Shown: in pieces, positions 24,934 through 34,534 of the stretch | Position numbering within the stretch: position 1 is the first letter of the stretch | Layout: each line of letters begins with the position of its first letter | Assembly: GCA_029861845.1 (NCBI GenBank) | Contig: JAOTYM010000008.1 | Span: 773-64,772, forward strand | Length of the DNA: 64,000 nt | From: Gammaproteobacteria bacterium | GTDB lineage: Bacteria > Pseudomonadota > Gammaproteobacteria > Acidiferrobacterales > SPGG2 | Direction: 5' to 3' | Program-made: the position numbers and the translations under genes | Notes under the pieces: model-generated | Databases searched by the model: none | The model's input: only the letters and a program-made list of their open reading frames with translations | What the model was told of the DNA's origin: nothing

Positions 24934-24959
24934 CTCATAATACCGGTGTCGGTGGTTCG
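24934..24959 (+). repeat. Direct repeat copy 2 (partial tRNA-Met duplication); att-like island boundary
   Basis: ctcataatAccggtgtcggtggttcg is 25/26 identical to 6177-6202. The flanks on both sides do not match the tRNA. Confidence 0.8.
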
Positions 24960-25110
24960 TCTTGGCGCTGTGCTGTCCTGCTGCGCGCCAGGGTGCAGGG
25001 CGCAAATCCCCGTCGCCACCACTTATCTCACCAATATTGCCGTCAGCGATGTTAGTAGCAATTGTAGGTTTGGTGGTGGCGTCGCAACGTGGCCAGGACC
25101 TCTGCCAGCC

Positions 25111-26394
25111 ATGTTAAAGACCGTTAGGTCTATCGCCTCTTTGCTGTTGAGTTACGGCCTACTGCTAGTAGCGATGGGGTTGTTTAGCACGTTACTCGGC
25201 GTGCGCAGCCAAATCGAGGGTTTTTCGACCGAAGTCGTCGGCATAATCATGGCCGGCTACTTTGCGGGTCTGCTCTTGGGGGCGCTCTACGCGGTGTATG
25301 TGGTAACCAGGGCTGGCCACATCCGTGCCTTCGCGGCCTTCGCATCACTCATATCTATTGCCGCTCTCGTTCACGTGCTTTGGGTAGAACCGCTTGTTTG
25401 GTTTGTGTTGCGATTGCTATCCGGCTTCTGTATGGCTGGCATGTTCATCGTCACCGAAAGCTGGCTGAATGAGCGTGCCACCAACGAGATCCGCGGTCAG
25501 GTGTTGTCGTTATACATGGTTACTAATTATTTTTCCGCCGGCTGTGGGCAATATCTGCTGCCTCTCGCCGACCCAGCTGAGTTTCATCTGTTTTCCGTCG
25601 CATCTATCCTTTTTTCGCTCGCGCTATTACCGGTCCTATTGACAAGGTCGAGTGCGCCGCCTTTGGCGAAACCGAAGCGGCTACGATTCCTCGATCTCTA
25701 TCGTACTTCGCCGCTGGGGGTGTGGGGCGCATTCTGCGCCGGCCTCGTAAACGCGGCGTTCTACGGTATGGGCCCGGTGTTCGCTCAACGTGTTGGCCTG
25801 TCTATCGCCGGTACATCGACATTCATGGCAGCGGTGATACTTGGGGGTCTACTATTGCAGTGGCCAGTGGGGCGCTTCTCAGATCGCGTCGATCGACGCA
25901 AGGTAATGATTAGCTTAGCACTCGCCACGTCCATTGCGTGCGTCGCAACTGTCGTCATGATGGACTTTGGTAGGACTTGGTTGTTTTTGATCGGTGCCGT
26001 CTATGGGGGGTTGTCGTTCACCATCTACCCGTTGAGTATCGCGCACACCAATGATTTCGCGGCACCCGAGCGGCGTGTCCAGGTCGCGAGTGGCTTACTC
26101 ATTGCGTACGGGATTGGCGCTAGTGCGGGGCCGATCATGGCCGCCACGTTCATGGGCCGATTGGGGCCGGAAGGAATGTTCGTGTATAGCGCCTTGGTGA
26201 TGGGCGTGCTTGGTGTCTTTGGATACTACCGTACACGGCGGCGGGCACCGAAATCCAGCGATGAGCGCGGTCGTTATATCGTTACGCCAGGTGCGCAGTT
26301 CACCTCGGAAGAGCTTTATGCAAGGGTGCGCGATCAAATGGACAAGGACCTTGCGCGTATGGTGGGTGGACGCACGCATCCTCTTGCTCGATAG
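25111..26394 (+). CDS. MFS transporter
   Basis: Twelve hydrophobic segments and an MFS loop motif (GRFSDRVDRRKV). The ORF-track start 24946 lies inside the att-like repeat, so ATG 25111 (MLKTVRSIASLLL) is more plausible. Confidence 0.85.
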   Translation: MLKTVRSIASLLLSYGLLLVAMGLFSTLLGVRSQIEGFSTEVVGIIMAGYFAGLLLGALYAVYVVTRAGHIRAFAAFASLISIAALVHVLWVEPLVWFVLRLLSGFCMAGMFIVTESWLNERATNEIRGQVLSLYMVTNYFSAGCGQYLLPLADPAEFHLFSVASILFSLALLPVLLTRSSAPPLAKPKRLRFLDLYRTSPLGVWGAFCAGLVNAAFYGMGPVFAQRVGLSIAGTSTFMAAVILGGLLLQWPVGRFSDRVDRRKVMISLALATSIACVATVVMMDFGRTWLFLIGAVYGGLSFTIYPLSIAHTNDFAAPERRVQVASGLLIAYGIGASAGPIMAATFMGRLGPEGMFVYSALVMGVLGVFGYYRTRRRAPKSSDERGRYIVTPGAQFTSEELYARVRDQMDKDLARMVGGRTHPLAR

Positions 26395-26401
26395 TTCGGC
26401 G

Positions 26402-26644
26402 ATGGTCGCGAAAACGAAACGAAAAGCCACTCGCTCTAGAAGACCATCGAGGGTCAAGTACACGGGGCAAGCGCAAGAAATATGGGTGGGCATTGATTCA
26501 GTCGTGCGAAGTATTAGGAAAATTCAGCGCCGGATAAGGGCGGATGGTGAACCGGCATCACAATTGGATATTCATGAGCTTAAGCGATTGGGACGAGAGT
26601 ACACATGCCTGATTAAACGCTTACCTATTGATATCAACAAGTAA
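26402..26644 (+). CDS. Hypothetical small basic protein (weak call)
   Basis: 80-aa ORF directly after the MFS gene with a Lys/Arg-rich N-terminus. No family recognised. Confidence 0.3.
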   Translation: MVAKTKRKATRSRRPSRVKYTGQAQEIWVGIDSVVRSIRKIQRRIRADGEPASQLDIHELKRLGREYTCLIKRLPIDINK

Positions 26645-26741
26645 AGTACCGATGCGCACGCTAGTGTGGCCGAATGGGACTATGCTAGTATTTCTCGACA
26701 TCCAGCAGTTGCCGTAAACCAAGCATAGAGCGAGATAAAGA

Positions 26742-28199
26742 GTGGAAAACACTGGAATTTTTATTGGCAAGGCTGAGGAGCCCATTTACCTTGCCCCCAA
26801 ATATGCAAATCGCCATGGCTTGATCGCCGGCGCGACCGGCACTGGCAAGACCGTATCCCTGCAGATTCTTGCAGAGGGGTTCTCGCGGCTCGGGGTTCCT
26901 ATTTTTGTGGCCGACGTGAAAGGAGACTTGTCTGGAATCAGTCAGGCAGGTACGACTAAGCCCAAATTGATGGAGCGCGCCCAAACCATCGGGTTCGATG
27001 ACTACACCTTGCAGGGCTTCCCCACTGTTTTTTGGGATCTGTTCGGCAGACAAGGGCACCCACTACGGACCACTGTTTCTGAAATGGGGCCCTTATTATT
27101 GTCACGCCTGTTGGAATTGAACGATACCCAGGAAGGAGTGATGTACGCCACCTTCAAATTTGCCGATGACGAAGGTCTGCTGTTGCTAGACCTTAAGGAT
27201 CTGCGCGCCTTGCTGACTTCGATCGGTGAAAACGCCACGGCGATGACCTTGGAGTACGGCAACATCTCTAAGGCGTCGGTGGGTGCGATTCAAAGACGCC
27301 TACTAGTGCTCGAGGAACAACAAGGCGAGCACTTTCTCGGCGAACCAGCCCTGTATTTAGCTGACTTTATGCGCACAGATACAAACGGCCATGGGTTTAT
27401 CAATGTACTCGCGGCCGACGAGTTGATGCAGTATCCGAGGTTATACGCGACATTCTTATTGTGGTTGTTGGCTGAGCTATTCGAGGAGCTCCCCGAGGTC
27501 GGTGATCCTGAGAAACCACGGTTGCTGTTTTTCTTCGACGAGGCGCACTTATTATTCGACGAAGCACCGCGAGCCTTAGTCGACAAGGTCGAGCAGGTTG
27601 TGCGTCTAATACGTTCTAAGGGCGTCGGTGTCTTTTTTGTTACCCAGAATCCGCTTGACATTCCGGATGCGGTGCTCGGGCAATTGGGAAACCGTATCCA
27701 GCATGCGCTGCGCGCCTTCACGCCACGAGATCAAAAGGCAGTTCGTGCTGCCGCCGATACTTTTAGGCCCAATCCTAAATTCAAGGCAGCCCAAGTGATA
27801 ATGGAGTTAGGTGTCGGTGAAGCGCTCGTATCTACGCTGGAGCGTAAGGGCGCGCCTGGAATTGTTCAGCGTACCTTGATACGCCCACCTTCATCGCGAT
27901 TAGGTCCAGCGTCGGAATCCGAACGTAAAGCAGTAATCGAGCACTCCATGCTGCGTGGTCGGTATGAACAGACAGTTGACCGAAAATCGGCCTACGAACA
28001 CTTGAAAGAACGCGCCGCCAAGGGGAAAGAAAAAGAGAAAGATGTCGAAACCAAAGATAAAGAGGGGGGCGGGCGCCGGCGCAGTAATCGCCAAAGTGTG
28101 ACGGAGGCCATGGTAAAAAGTGTAGTTCGGGCCCTGGGGAGCTCACTCGGCCGGCGCATAGCGCGTGGCGTATTAGGCTCAATACTTAAGGGCCGGTAA
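26742..28199 (+). CDS. DUF853-family (YjgR/HerA-like) P-loop ATPase
   Basis: HGLIAGATGTGKTVSLQ Walker A, LLFFFDEAHLLF Walker B, GVGVFFVTQNPLDIP, and a basic C-terminal tail. Confidence 0.85.
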   Translation: MENTGIFIGKAEEPIYLAPKYANRHGLIAGATGTGKTVSLQILAEGFSRLGVPIFVADVKGDLSGISQAGTTKPKLMERAQTIGFDDYTLQGFPTVFWDLFGRQGHPLRTTVSEMGPLLLSRLLELNDTQEGVMYATFKFADDEGLLLLDLKDLRALLTSIGENATAMTLEYGNISKASVGAIQRRLLVLEEQQGEHFLGEPALYLADFMRTDTNGHGFINVLAADELMQYPRLYATFLLWLLAELFEELPEVGDPEKPRLLFFFDEAHLLFDEAPRALVDKVEQVVRLIRSKGVGVFFVTQNPLDIPDAVLGQLGNRIQHALRAFTPRDQKAVRAAADTFRPNPKFKAAQVIMELGVGEALVSTLERKGAPGIVQRTLIRPPSSRLGPASESERKAVIEHSMLRGRYEQTVDRKSAYEHLKERAAKGKEKEKDVETKDKEGGGRRRSNRQSVTEAMVKSVVRALGSSLGRRIARGVLGSILKGR

Positions 28200-28207
28200 G
28201 ACTAAGT

Positions 28208-28726
28208 TTGTCGAACAGTATTGGTGTTCGACTGCAAGTCACAAATCGCCCAGTCCGGGCTTCTTCAGCACCAATGCGAAATCTTCGGGCTCATCACAAG
28301 ACGATCTGGTGGGTTGTCGCGCTTGTTTTGCTCACGTCTGTCTGGGTTTTTTTTGCGCACGAATTCAGTGATACACGAACCTTCGGGGGCAGCGATGATG
28401 GCACTGCGGTTAAAGTTGCCTTTGAACAACAACGATCCGGAGTCTGGGTTAACGTTTCAGGAAAGGTGACTCGCCTATTGCCTGATGACAACAAAGGTGC
28501 TCGCCACCAACGATTTATCTTGAGGCTCGAGAGTGGACATACCGTAATGATTGCTCACAACATCGACCTGGTAATACGTGTACCTTTAGTTATCGGTGAT
28601 ATGGTAGAACTACGAGGACGGTATGAGTGGAATCATAAGGGTGGTGTGGTCCATTGGACGCACCATGACCCGGATAAAAAAATGGAAGGTGGTTGGATCG
28701 ATCATAAGAGTCAACGCTATCGTTGA
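28208..28726 (+). CDS. DUF3465-like membrane-anchored protein
   Basis: An N-terminal TM segment, then VSGKVTRLLPDDNKGARHQRFILRLESGHTVMIAHNIDL...ELRGRYEWNHKGGVVHWTHHDP. Confidence 0.65.
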   Translation: MSNSIGVRLQVTNRPVRASSAPMRNLRAHHKTIWWVVALVLLTSVWVFFAHEFSDTRTFGGSDDGTAVKVAFEQQRSGVWVNVSGKVTRLLPDDNKGARHQRFILRLESGHTVMIAHNIDLVIRVPLVIGDMVELRGRYEWNHKGGVVHWTHHDPDKKMEGGWIDHKSQRYR

Positions 28727-28758
28727 GTTGCTGATTAGACGGAACATGTGAGGTTCCT

Positions 28759-29874
28759 ATGGCCCATGAATCAACCAAGGCTGTTGTAGTCGCAGTTATA
28801 GCCAACGGTATTTTGACGGTGCTCAAGTTCGCAGCTGGGCTTGCTACCCACTCAGCTTCCATGATGAATGAAGCGGCGCACAGCCTTATGGATACAGCCA
28901 ACCAAACGCTGCTTTATCTGGGGTTAGTGGCGGGCCGTAAGCCCGCCGATAAAGATTATGCGTTCGGACATGGGCAAAAACGCTACCTATGGAATCTTTG
29001 GGGCGCCATCGGCCTTTTCTCGATAGGGGCTGGGCTTGGTCTCGCACATGCTTGGCATTCCTATCATACGCTAGGCACGAAAGAGATACCGACTTCCTTA
29101 ACACTGTTCGAATGGAATATCAGCACAATTTCAGTTTCGTTTACTGTTTTGGCGATAGCCTTCGTGCTTGACGGCTATTCGTTGTACGTGGCTGGCAAGG
29201 AGTTTCTACAGAGAATGCGTGAAGACGGAAAAACGAATCCGATTTCGTATATCGGACAGTCGGATGATCCTACGTTAGTGGCGGTGGTGCTCGAGGATTT
29301 CGTAGCCCTACTTGGTATTGTTCTCGCTACCATCGGTATTGGTCTTGCATACTGGCTCGATAATCAGTTATGGGATATCGCGTTCTCAGTTGCGATTGCC
29401 TTAATGCTTGGCGTCATTGCCTTTTTCCTCGGGCGCGTCAATATGCGTTACTTAACCGATGTCCGTGATCCACAAGCCGAAGAAACATTCGCACAAGTTG
29501 TGCGTGAACACCGCGAAGTCGAGCGTTATCATGATTTACGTTCTATCATTGTCGACGAAGATCATACCGTGTTAGTCGCCGAGGTTGAGCTACGTGAGGA
29601 GGTAATGATTCCCGGATTACAATCTTTGATTGTCGAATATGAGAATCGTTACCTTGACATGGTTCCCGGAAATAGGCGTAGTGACCAAAAGGTAATCGAG
29701 TACTGTAAGGCGCGGGCAGCCGCACAAGCCACCATAGAGCGTACCGAAACCGTGATTGAAGAATTGACAGCGGAACTTACAGCCCGTGCTCCTCAAGTTT
29801 CACATGTCACCATCGAGGTCGAGGGCATTGCAACGCCGCCCAATCCTGATCTTTCGGAGACAGCGTACGCCTAA
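28759..29874 (+). CDS. Cation diffusion facilitator (CDF) family transporter
   Basis: N-terminal pattern VAVIANGILTVLKFAAGLATHSASMMNEAAHSLMDT, six TM segments, and a cytoplasmic C-terminal domain. Confidence 0.8.
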   Translation: MAHESTKAVVVAVIANGILTVLKFAAGLATHSASMMNEAAHSLMDTANQTLLYLGLVAGRKPADKDYAFGHGQKRYLWNLWGAIGLFSIGAGLGLAHAWHSYHTLGTKEIPTSLTLFEWNISTISVSFTVLAIAFVLDGYSLYVAGKEFLQRMREDGKTNPISYIGQSDDPTLVAVVLEDFVALLGIVLATIGIGLAYWLDNQLWDIAFSVAIALMLGVIAFFLGRVNMRYLTDVRDPQAEETFAQVVREHREVERYHDLRSIIVDEDHTVLVAEVELREEVMIPGLQSLIVEYENRYLDMVPGNRRSDQKVIEYCKARAAAQATIERTETVIEELTAELTARAPQVSHVTIEVEGIATPPNPDLSETAYA

Positions 29875-29996
29875 TAGGTGTGAGCGATGTCGAAAGTTGG
29901 TTGCTTGACCGATATTCGTGACTTACGTACTATCTCTGAGCGCGTTGGTGCGCTCACAAGAGAGAATAGCTAAACAAACTACGAAGGAGGAGCTAT

Positions 29997-30200
29997 ATGT
30001 CCGTCGCCAGAGTAACCGAAATCACTGCCTCATCACATAAGAGTTTCGAAGACGCACTGCGTATCGGTATATCAAGGGCCAGCAAAACTCTACACAACGT
30101 GAAGGGGGCCTGGATACAAGAACAAACGTGTGTGGTTGAAGACGGTAAGGTGAGCGAATACCGTGTTAATTTGAAGGTGTCGTTCATCCTTAATGACTAA
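29997..30200 (+). CDS. Dodecin-family flavin-binding protein
   Basis: 67 aa. VARVTEITASSHKSFEDALRIGISRASKTLHNVKGAWIQEQ..V..GKV.EYRVNLKVSF is the dodecin signature. RBS gaaggagg. Confidence 0.8.
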   Translation: MSVARVTEITASSHKSFEDALRIGISRASKTLHNVKGAWIQEQTCVVEDGKVSEYRVNLKVSFILND

Positions 30201-30220
30201 GTGCTAGTCACTACACTTAG

Positions 30221-31612
30221 TTAGAGCTCGACTTTTTCCATGTAGTCGGGAACGTGCGCTGGCCAGCCACGCGCGGCCAGTCGTTCCTGCATGGCATGCA
30301 ATCCAGACGGTTCCCCGTGGACGCAGAAGGTTCGCTGAGGTGGTTTTTCGACCGATGACAGCCAGCGATTCACGCCTTCATAGTCCGCATGGGCTGAAAA
30401 CCCATAGATCTGGCCGATACGTGCTTTAATCGACACCGACCTACCGTGGATGCGTATCGAGGTCTCGCCGTCGAGCATTCGGCGCCCACGCGACCCTACC
30501 GCTTGGTAGCCGGCAAACAAGACTGCGGTCTTAGGATCTGATAGTCGCTGCTTCAGGTGGTGTAATACACGTCCACCACTGGCCATACCCGAGGCCGAGA
30601 TGATGATCAGCGGCCCGTCGCGCTCGGCGATGGCTTTCGACTCCCGCACCGAACGTGCCATGTATACATGATCGGGCTGAATCGGTTGCTCGCCGCCGAT
30701 CAATAGTTTAACCATTTCCTCATCATGTTCTTCGCGATGCATGAGGTACAGTGCGGTTGCGTCGCAGGCCATGGGGCTATCGACAAAGGTCGGTATCTCG
30801 GGAATCTCGCCGGCGAGCTGTAGCTGGCGAAGGTGATAAAGAATCCCTTGGGTTCTACCGATCGCGAACGCCGGAATTATCAATACTCCGTTTTCATCCA
30901 CCATCCGCCGCACGTGCTTCCTGAGGTCATCTTGGGGGTGGTTTTCTGCATGGCTGCGGTCTCCGTAGGTGCATTCCACCATTACGTATGTTGCGTGCCG
31001 ATGGGGTGGGTCAGGGTCAGGAATAATGGGAACTTCGTAGCGACCGAGGTCTCCTGAATAAACTAACGTGCGCCGTTGTTCCCCCGGTCCGTTGAGTTCG
31101 AGGTTAACGACCGCGCTACCCAGGATGTGGCCGGCGCGCCTCAGCGTAACGCTGAGGCCGTCACCAAGCTCAATCGAATTCTCGTAGGGTAGCGCGCGGA
31201 TGCGCGGAATACACGCTACTGCATCATCTTCCGCGTATAGCGGGAGCGCGGGGCTGTGCTTTGAGTAACCCTTACGGTTAGCATATTCCGCTTCCTCTTC
31301 CTGGATGCGACCGGAATCAGGCAACATGATCGCTGCCAGGTCGCGTGTGGCCGGCGTCGCATAGATGTCGCCGTTGAATCCCTGCTTGACTAGTCTTGGT
31401 AGCCACCCCGTATGGTCGATGTGTGCGTGTGACAGCACCACCGTATCAATGGATTCGGGGGGGACTGGGAACTTGTCCCAGTTTCGGCTCCTGATTTTCT
31501 TTAGGCCCTGGAAAAGTCCGCAATCCAGCAATACCTTGCGGCCATTGTGCTCGACGAGATGGCGACTGCCGGTAACGGTACCGGCAGCGCCCAGAAATTG
31601 AATCGAAGTCAT
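30221..31612 (-). CDS. MBL-fold hydrolase with beta-CASP and RNA-specificity domains
   Basis: HAHIDHTG motif, beta-CASP motifs, and a C-terminal ..SAHADY.. Confidence 0.85.
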   Translation of the reverse strand: MTSIQFLGAAGTVTGSRHLVEHNGRKVLLDCGLFQGLKKIRSRNWDKFPVPPESIDTVVLSHAHIDHTGWLPRLVKQGFNGDIYATPATRDLAAIMLPDSGRIQEEEAEYANRKGYSKHSPALPLYAEDDAVACIPRIRALPYENSIELGDGLSVTLRRAGHILGSAVVNLELNGPGEQRRTLVYSGDLGRYEVPIIPDPDPPHRHATYVMVECTYGDRSHAENHPQDDLRKHVRRMVDENGVLIIPAFAIGRTQGILYHLRQLQLAGEIPEIPTFVDSPMACDATALYLMHREEHDEEMVKLLIGGEQPIQPDHVYMARSVRESKAIAERDGPLIIISASGMASGGRVLHHLKQRLSDPKTAVLFAGYQAVGSRGRRMLDGETSIRIHGRSVSIKARIGQIYGFSAHADYEGVNRWLSSVEKPPQRTFCVHGEPSGLHAMQERLAARGWPAHVPDYMEKVEL

Positions 31613-31683
31613 CGACCGATGGAGATCGACCTAGCCGACGGCGCTCACGGATAAGATACATCCGGAGAGACCACCGTTCACAA

Positions 31684-32118
31684 TTAGGCCGATTTCGGAA
31701 TGCGTAGTTGTTGGCCTGGATAGATCAGATCTGGGTCCTTGATGACTTCACGATTGGCCTCGAAGATTAACGGGTACTTCATATAGTCTCCGTAGTAGGC
31801 CTTTGCAATCTTCGACAGCGAATCGCCGCGCTTTACAGTGTAGAACTCCGTCTCTTCTTCCGGTTTCGGTGCTGTTAAGTTGTCGGCATTCACATCGCCC
31901 ACACCTTTTATATTACCAGCCAGGAGCACGGCCTTCTCTTTAGTGGCGTGGCTGGCACAGTCACCGGCGAGCGTTACTCGGCCATCGTCGAAATCCACCT
32001 TTAAATTGGTGATCTGGTTTGGCAGATCTTTGTTAAGCAGATCTGTGATTTCTTCGGCCTCGTTGCCACCGCCGAAAATGCTCGCGCCTATATCTTTAAC
32101 AAATGCGAATAGTCCCAT
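31684..32118 (-). CDS. BON + LysM domain protein (YgaU/Kbp-like potassium-binding protein)
   Basis: MGLFAFVKDIG.. N-terminus, a BON domain, and a C-terminal LysM (YTVKRGDSLSKIAKAYYGD...IYPGQQLRIP). Confidence 0.85.
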   Translation of the reverse strand: MGLFAFVKDIGASIFGGGNEAEEITDLLNKDLPNQITNLKVDFDDGRVTLAGDCASHATKEKAVLLAGNIKGVGDVNADNLTAPKPEEETEFYTVKRGDSLSKIAKAYYGDYMKYPLIFEANREVIKDPDLIYPGQQLRIPKSA

Positions 32119-32171
32119 GGGTCTCTCCTAGTCGTCGTAACTATCATTTATCATAGATGAAGTCAGTAGCA

Positions 32172-32579
32172 CTAATGTGTGATCAACGGCTTCATCCTCT
32201 TGGCCTTGACAATCCACTGCTGGACCATGGAAGCGGATGGTACCGTTCTAGTTACTCGTTTGCGCGCATTCACCTGTTTCATTTTCGCCGCCACATTCTC
32301 AGCATTCCGTTTGCACAACTCTTTTACAGTGTCCACGCCGGCCGCCTCCAGTAATTCCGAGTACTGCGGTCCAATGCCCGTGATGCGCATAAGATCTGCC
32401 AGGTTAGCCCATTCCAGCAACTGTTTTGTGCTGAACCCCGTGCCCTTGGCAGCTTGTTTGCGACCCTTGGCGTCGCAGCAATGCTTGAGGAAATCTCTGG
32501 TGGTTCTTATTCCCGCTTTGCGCAGCTTGCTACCATAGGCGGGACCGATCCCTTCTATCTTTTGGATGCTGTAGGACAT
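32172..32579 (-). CDS. DUF4332 (helix-hairpin-helix) domain protein, paralog 1
   Basis: IEGIGPAYGSKLRKAGI ... ITGIGPQYSELLEAAGVDTVKEL..RNAENVAAKM. It is visibly homologous along its whole length to the 33190..33600 product. Confidence 0.75.
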   Translation of the reverse strand: MSYSIQKIEGIGPAYGSKLRKAGIRTTRDFLKHCCDAKGRKQAAKGTGFSTKQLLEWANLADLMRITGIGPQYSELLEAAGVDTVKELCKRNAENVAAKMKQVNARKRVTRTVPSASMVQQWIVKAKRMKPLITH

Positions 32580-32670
32580 GTTTCCTCCTCATTTGTTGTC
32601 CAATGCCATTATCTAATGCCAATTTGTTGCTGGCAACATGGCAAGCCATGCGTTCGTCGCCTATTGCATC

Positions 32671-33066
32671 TCAAGACTGTCGCTGTGTGTTGACGACTTT
32701 ACCTTCGCCATCCACGTAGCAGGAAAAGCGGACTCGTACCTCGGTACCGCTTGCACCCATTTCACCGACGACGATGTCGTCGACGTAGTAGCCTTTTTGC
32801 GTGGCATTGGCTTCTCCGTGCTCTAACATACGTGCGAATTCAGGGCGTTCGACGGCAGCGAGTACTGCCTGCCGACACGCTTCGGTCGCCTGCCAGGCCT
32901 GCGGTTTAAGCAGGCGATCGAGGTACGCATCAACCGCGGGTATCTGTTCCTTTATAATGAACCCTGCCGCCACCGCCATGACGATAATGACGATGAGCCT
33001 ATGTGACCGACGGCGAATCCGACGACCGGGGTTTTCCCTCTCGCGCAGGCTTGGATCAGACGACAT
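32671..33066 (-). CDS. Hypothetical membrane-anchored protein
   Basis: A basic N-terminus, one TM segment (LIVIIVMAVAAGFII) and a soluble domain. It lies between the two DUF4332 genes. Confidence 0.4.
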   Translation of the reverse strand: MSSDPSLRERENPGRRIRRRSHRLIVIIVMAVAAGFIIKEQIPAVDAYLDRLLKPQAWQATEACRQAVLAAVERPEFARMLEHGEANATQKGYYVDDIVVGEMGASGTEVRVRFSCYVDGEGKVVNTQRQS

Positions 33067-33189
33067 TAATGGGTTCCGCGGGATTACGCTGGATCAGGAC
33101 GTCGTAACGTCCAGAGTAGGCGTGCGATAAGGCTCGCGCGTTCCTTTCCCAGACGCAGCGTGACCCTAAACTAGGCGCCGACCAGAGAA

Positions 33190-33600
33190 CTAATGCTCTA
33201 CCTTCGGGGGTAGCGTCTTTGCTTGGGCAACCCAGCCCTCGACCTCTTTCTGGCTAGGGGTTCGACGGGTGAGTTTCTTCTGTTCGTTGACCTCGACCAT
33301 CTTGGCGGCTAGGTTCTCGGCATTACGGTTGCGTAGTTCCTTAACTGTATCAACCCCGGCGCATTCCAGAAGTTCGCTGTATTCTTCGCCTACACCCTTG
33401 ATACGGCACAGATCAACCATGTTTACCCACTTTAGGATCTGTGACTCACTGATACCCGTCTTTTGGGCGAGACCTTGACGACCATCCTTAGTGCAACCGA
33501 TTTCCAAGAGGGTGTCGGTATCGCTGACCTCTGCTGCCCGCAACTTCTCCGCGTAGCTCGGGCCGATGCCCTCAATCTGTTCAATCTTCATATTCGCCAT
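33190..33600 (-). CDS. DUF4332 (helix-hairpin-helix) domain protein, paralog 2
   Basis: IEGIGPSYAEKLRAAEV ... IKGVGEEYSELLECAGVDTVKELRNRNAENLAAKM. Confidence 0.75.
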   Translation of the reverse strand: MANMKIEQIEGIGPSYAEKLRAAEVSDTDTLLEIGCTKDGRQGLAQKTGISESQILKWVNMVDLCRIKGVGEEYSELLECAGVDTVKELRNRNAENLAAKMVEVNEQKKLTRRTPSQKEVEGWVAQAKTLPPKVEH

Positions 33601-33833
33601 TTCATCCTCCTCTCATTTTAAGCCTGGCCCGGATTTTACCGACCATGTACCGAAACTGCCGAATGATCGCGTACGCCGCCGCACGGCGTCAAGCGGTCGC
33701 CAATGTGCTTGTGTTGCAATAGCTTGAATTTCCGTTGGCAATCGGCATAATTCTGTGAAACGTACAAGAAAAGTGATGTTTGCAGTAGAGAAGAATTAGC
33801 CGGGCCTTATCGCCGCCGCCCTGAGGAATAGGT

Positions 33834-34532
33834 ATGAGTAAAGCCCTTATTGCCCTTCTTGGGTTAGTCGCGTTGGGACTGCTGTGCTTTTTCTGCATTC
33901 GTGGTCACGTACCGACTATCCAAACCGACCTTGTTGCCCGTACCGGCGCTGCCTTGGCGGCGGCGGGGATCCCCTGGGCCAGTGCCAACGCCGATGGCCG
34001 CGAGCTTGTGCTAGAGGGTATTGCTCCTAGCCAAGCGCTCAAGGAGCAGGCTGGCGGCATCGCCAGCCAGGTCTGGGGCGTACGCACGGTGGATAACCGG
34101 CTTACGATAGCGATGGTCGAGCCGACGCCCGAACCTATGGTCAGCGCACCCGAACCGAGCCCGGTCGCGGCCTGTCAGCAACAGTTTGACGAGTTCCTCG
34201 GCAATAAACGCATTGCGTTTGAGACTGACAGCGCCACCTTAGAACGGGAGAGCACCTTAATGCTCGATGAGCTTGCCGCTATTGCTGGTCGATGCCCCGA
34301 CACTCGCATACAAGTCGCTGGACATACCGATGCGCGTGGCAGTGATGAGTTCAACTTGTGGCTGAGTCAGGCGCGGGCGGAATCGGTGACTAGTTATCTC
34401 GCCAGCAAAGGTATTGATGCCACACGCTTGTCAGCCATCGGCTATGGCGCATCACAACCGATCGCTGACAATGTTACCGCCGCCGGACTAGCAAGAAACC
34501 GGCGCATAGAGTTTAGGTTGGAGGGGGAGTAG
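33834..34532 (+). CDS. OmpA-family protein with N-terminal TM and BON-like region
   Basis: C-terminal OmpA-like motif VAGHTDARGSDEFNLWLSQARAESV...GYGASQPIADN...NRRIEF. Confidence 0.85.
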   Translation: MSKALIALLGLVALGLLCFFCIRGHVPTIQTDLVARTGAALAAAGIPWASANADGRELVLEGIAPSQALKEQAGGIASQVWGVRTVDNRLTIAMVEPTPEPMVSAPEPSPVAACQQQFDEFLGNKRIAFETDSATLERESTLMLDELAAIAGRCPDTRIQVAGHTDARGSDEFNLWLSQARAESVTSYLASKGIDATRLSAIGYGASQPIADNVTAAGLARNRRIEFRLEGE

Positions 34533-34534
34533 TC

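Larger units (their letters stand above)
6222..24959. mobile_element. tRNA-Met-associated genomic island (mosaic, decayed, no intact integrase seen)
   Basis: Bounded by tRNA-Met and a 26-nt direct repeat of its internal sequence. The content is unrelated accessory genes, several gene fragments, an IS30 remnant and a cassette array, with visible compositional heterogeneity. Confidence 0.65.

Noticed and set aside
24934-24959. tRNA-like sequence that might be a second tRNA-Met gene.
   Set aside because: Only the 26 nt from the anticodon loop to the T-arm are present. There is no acceptor stem, D-arm or 3' end, so I treat it as a partial duplication (an att-type repeat).
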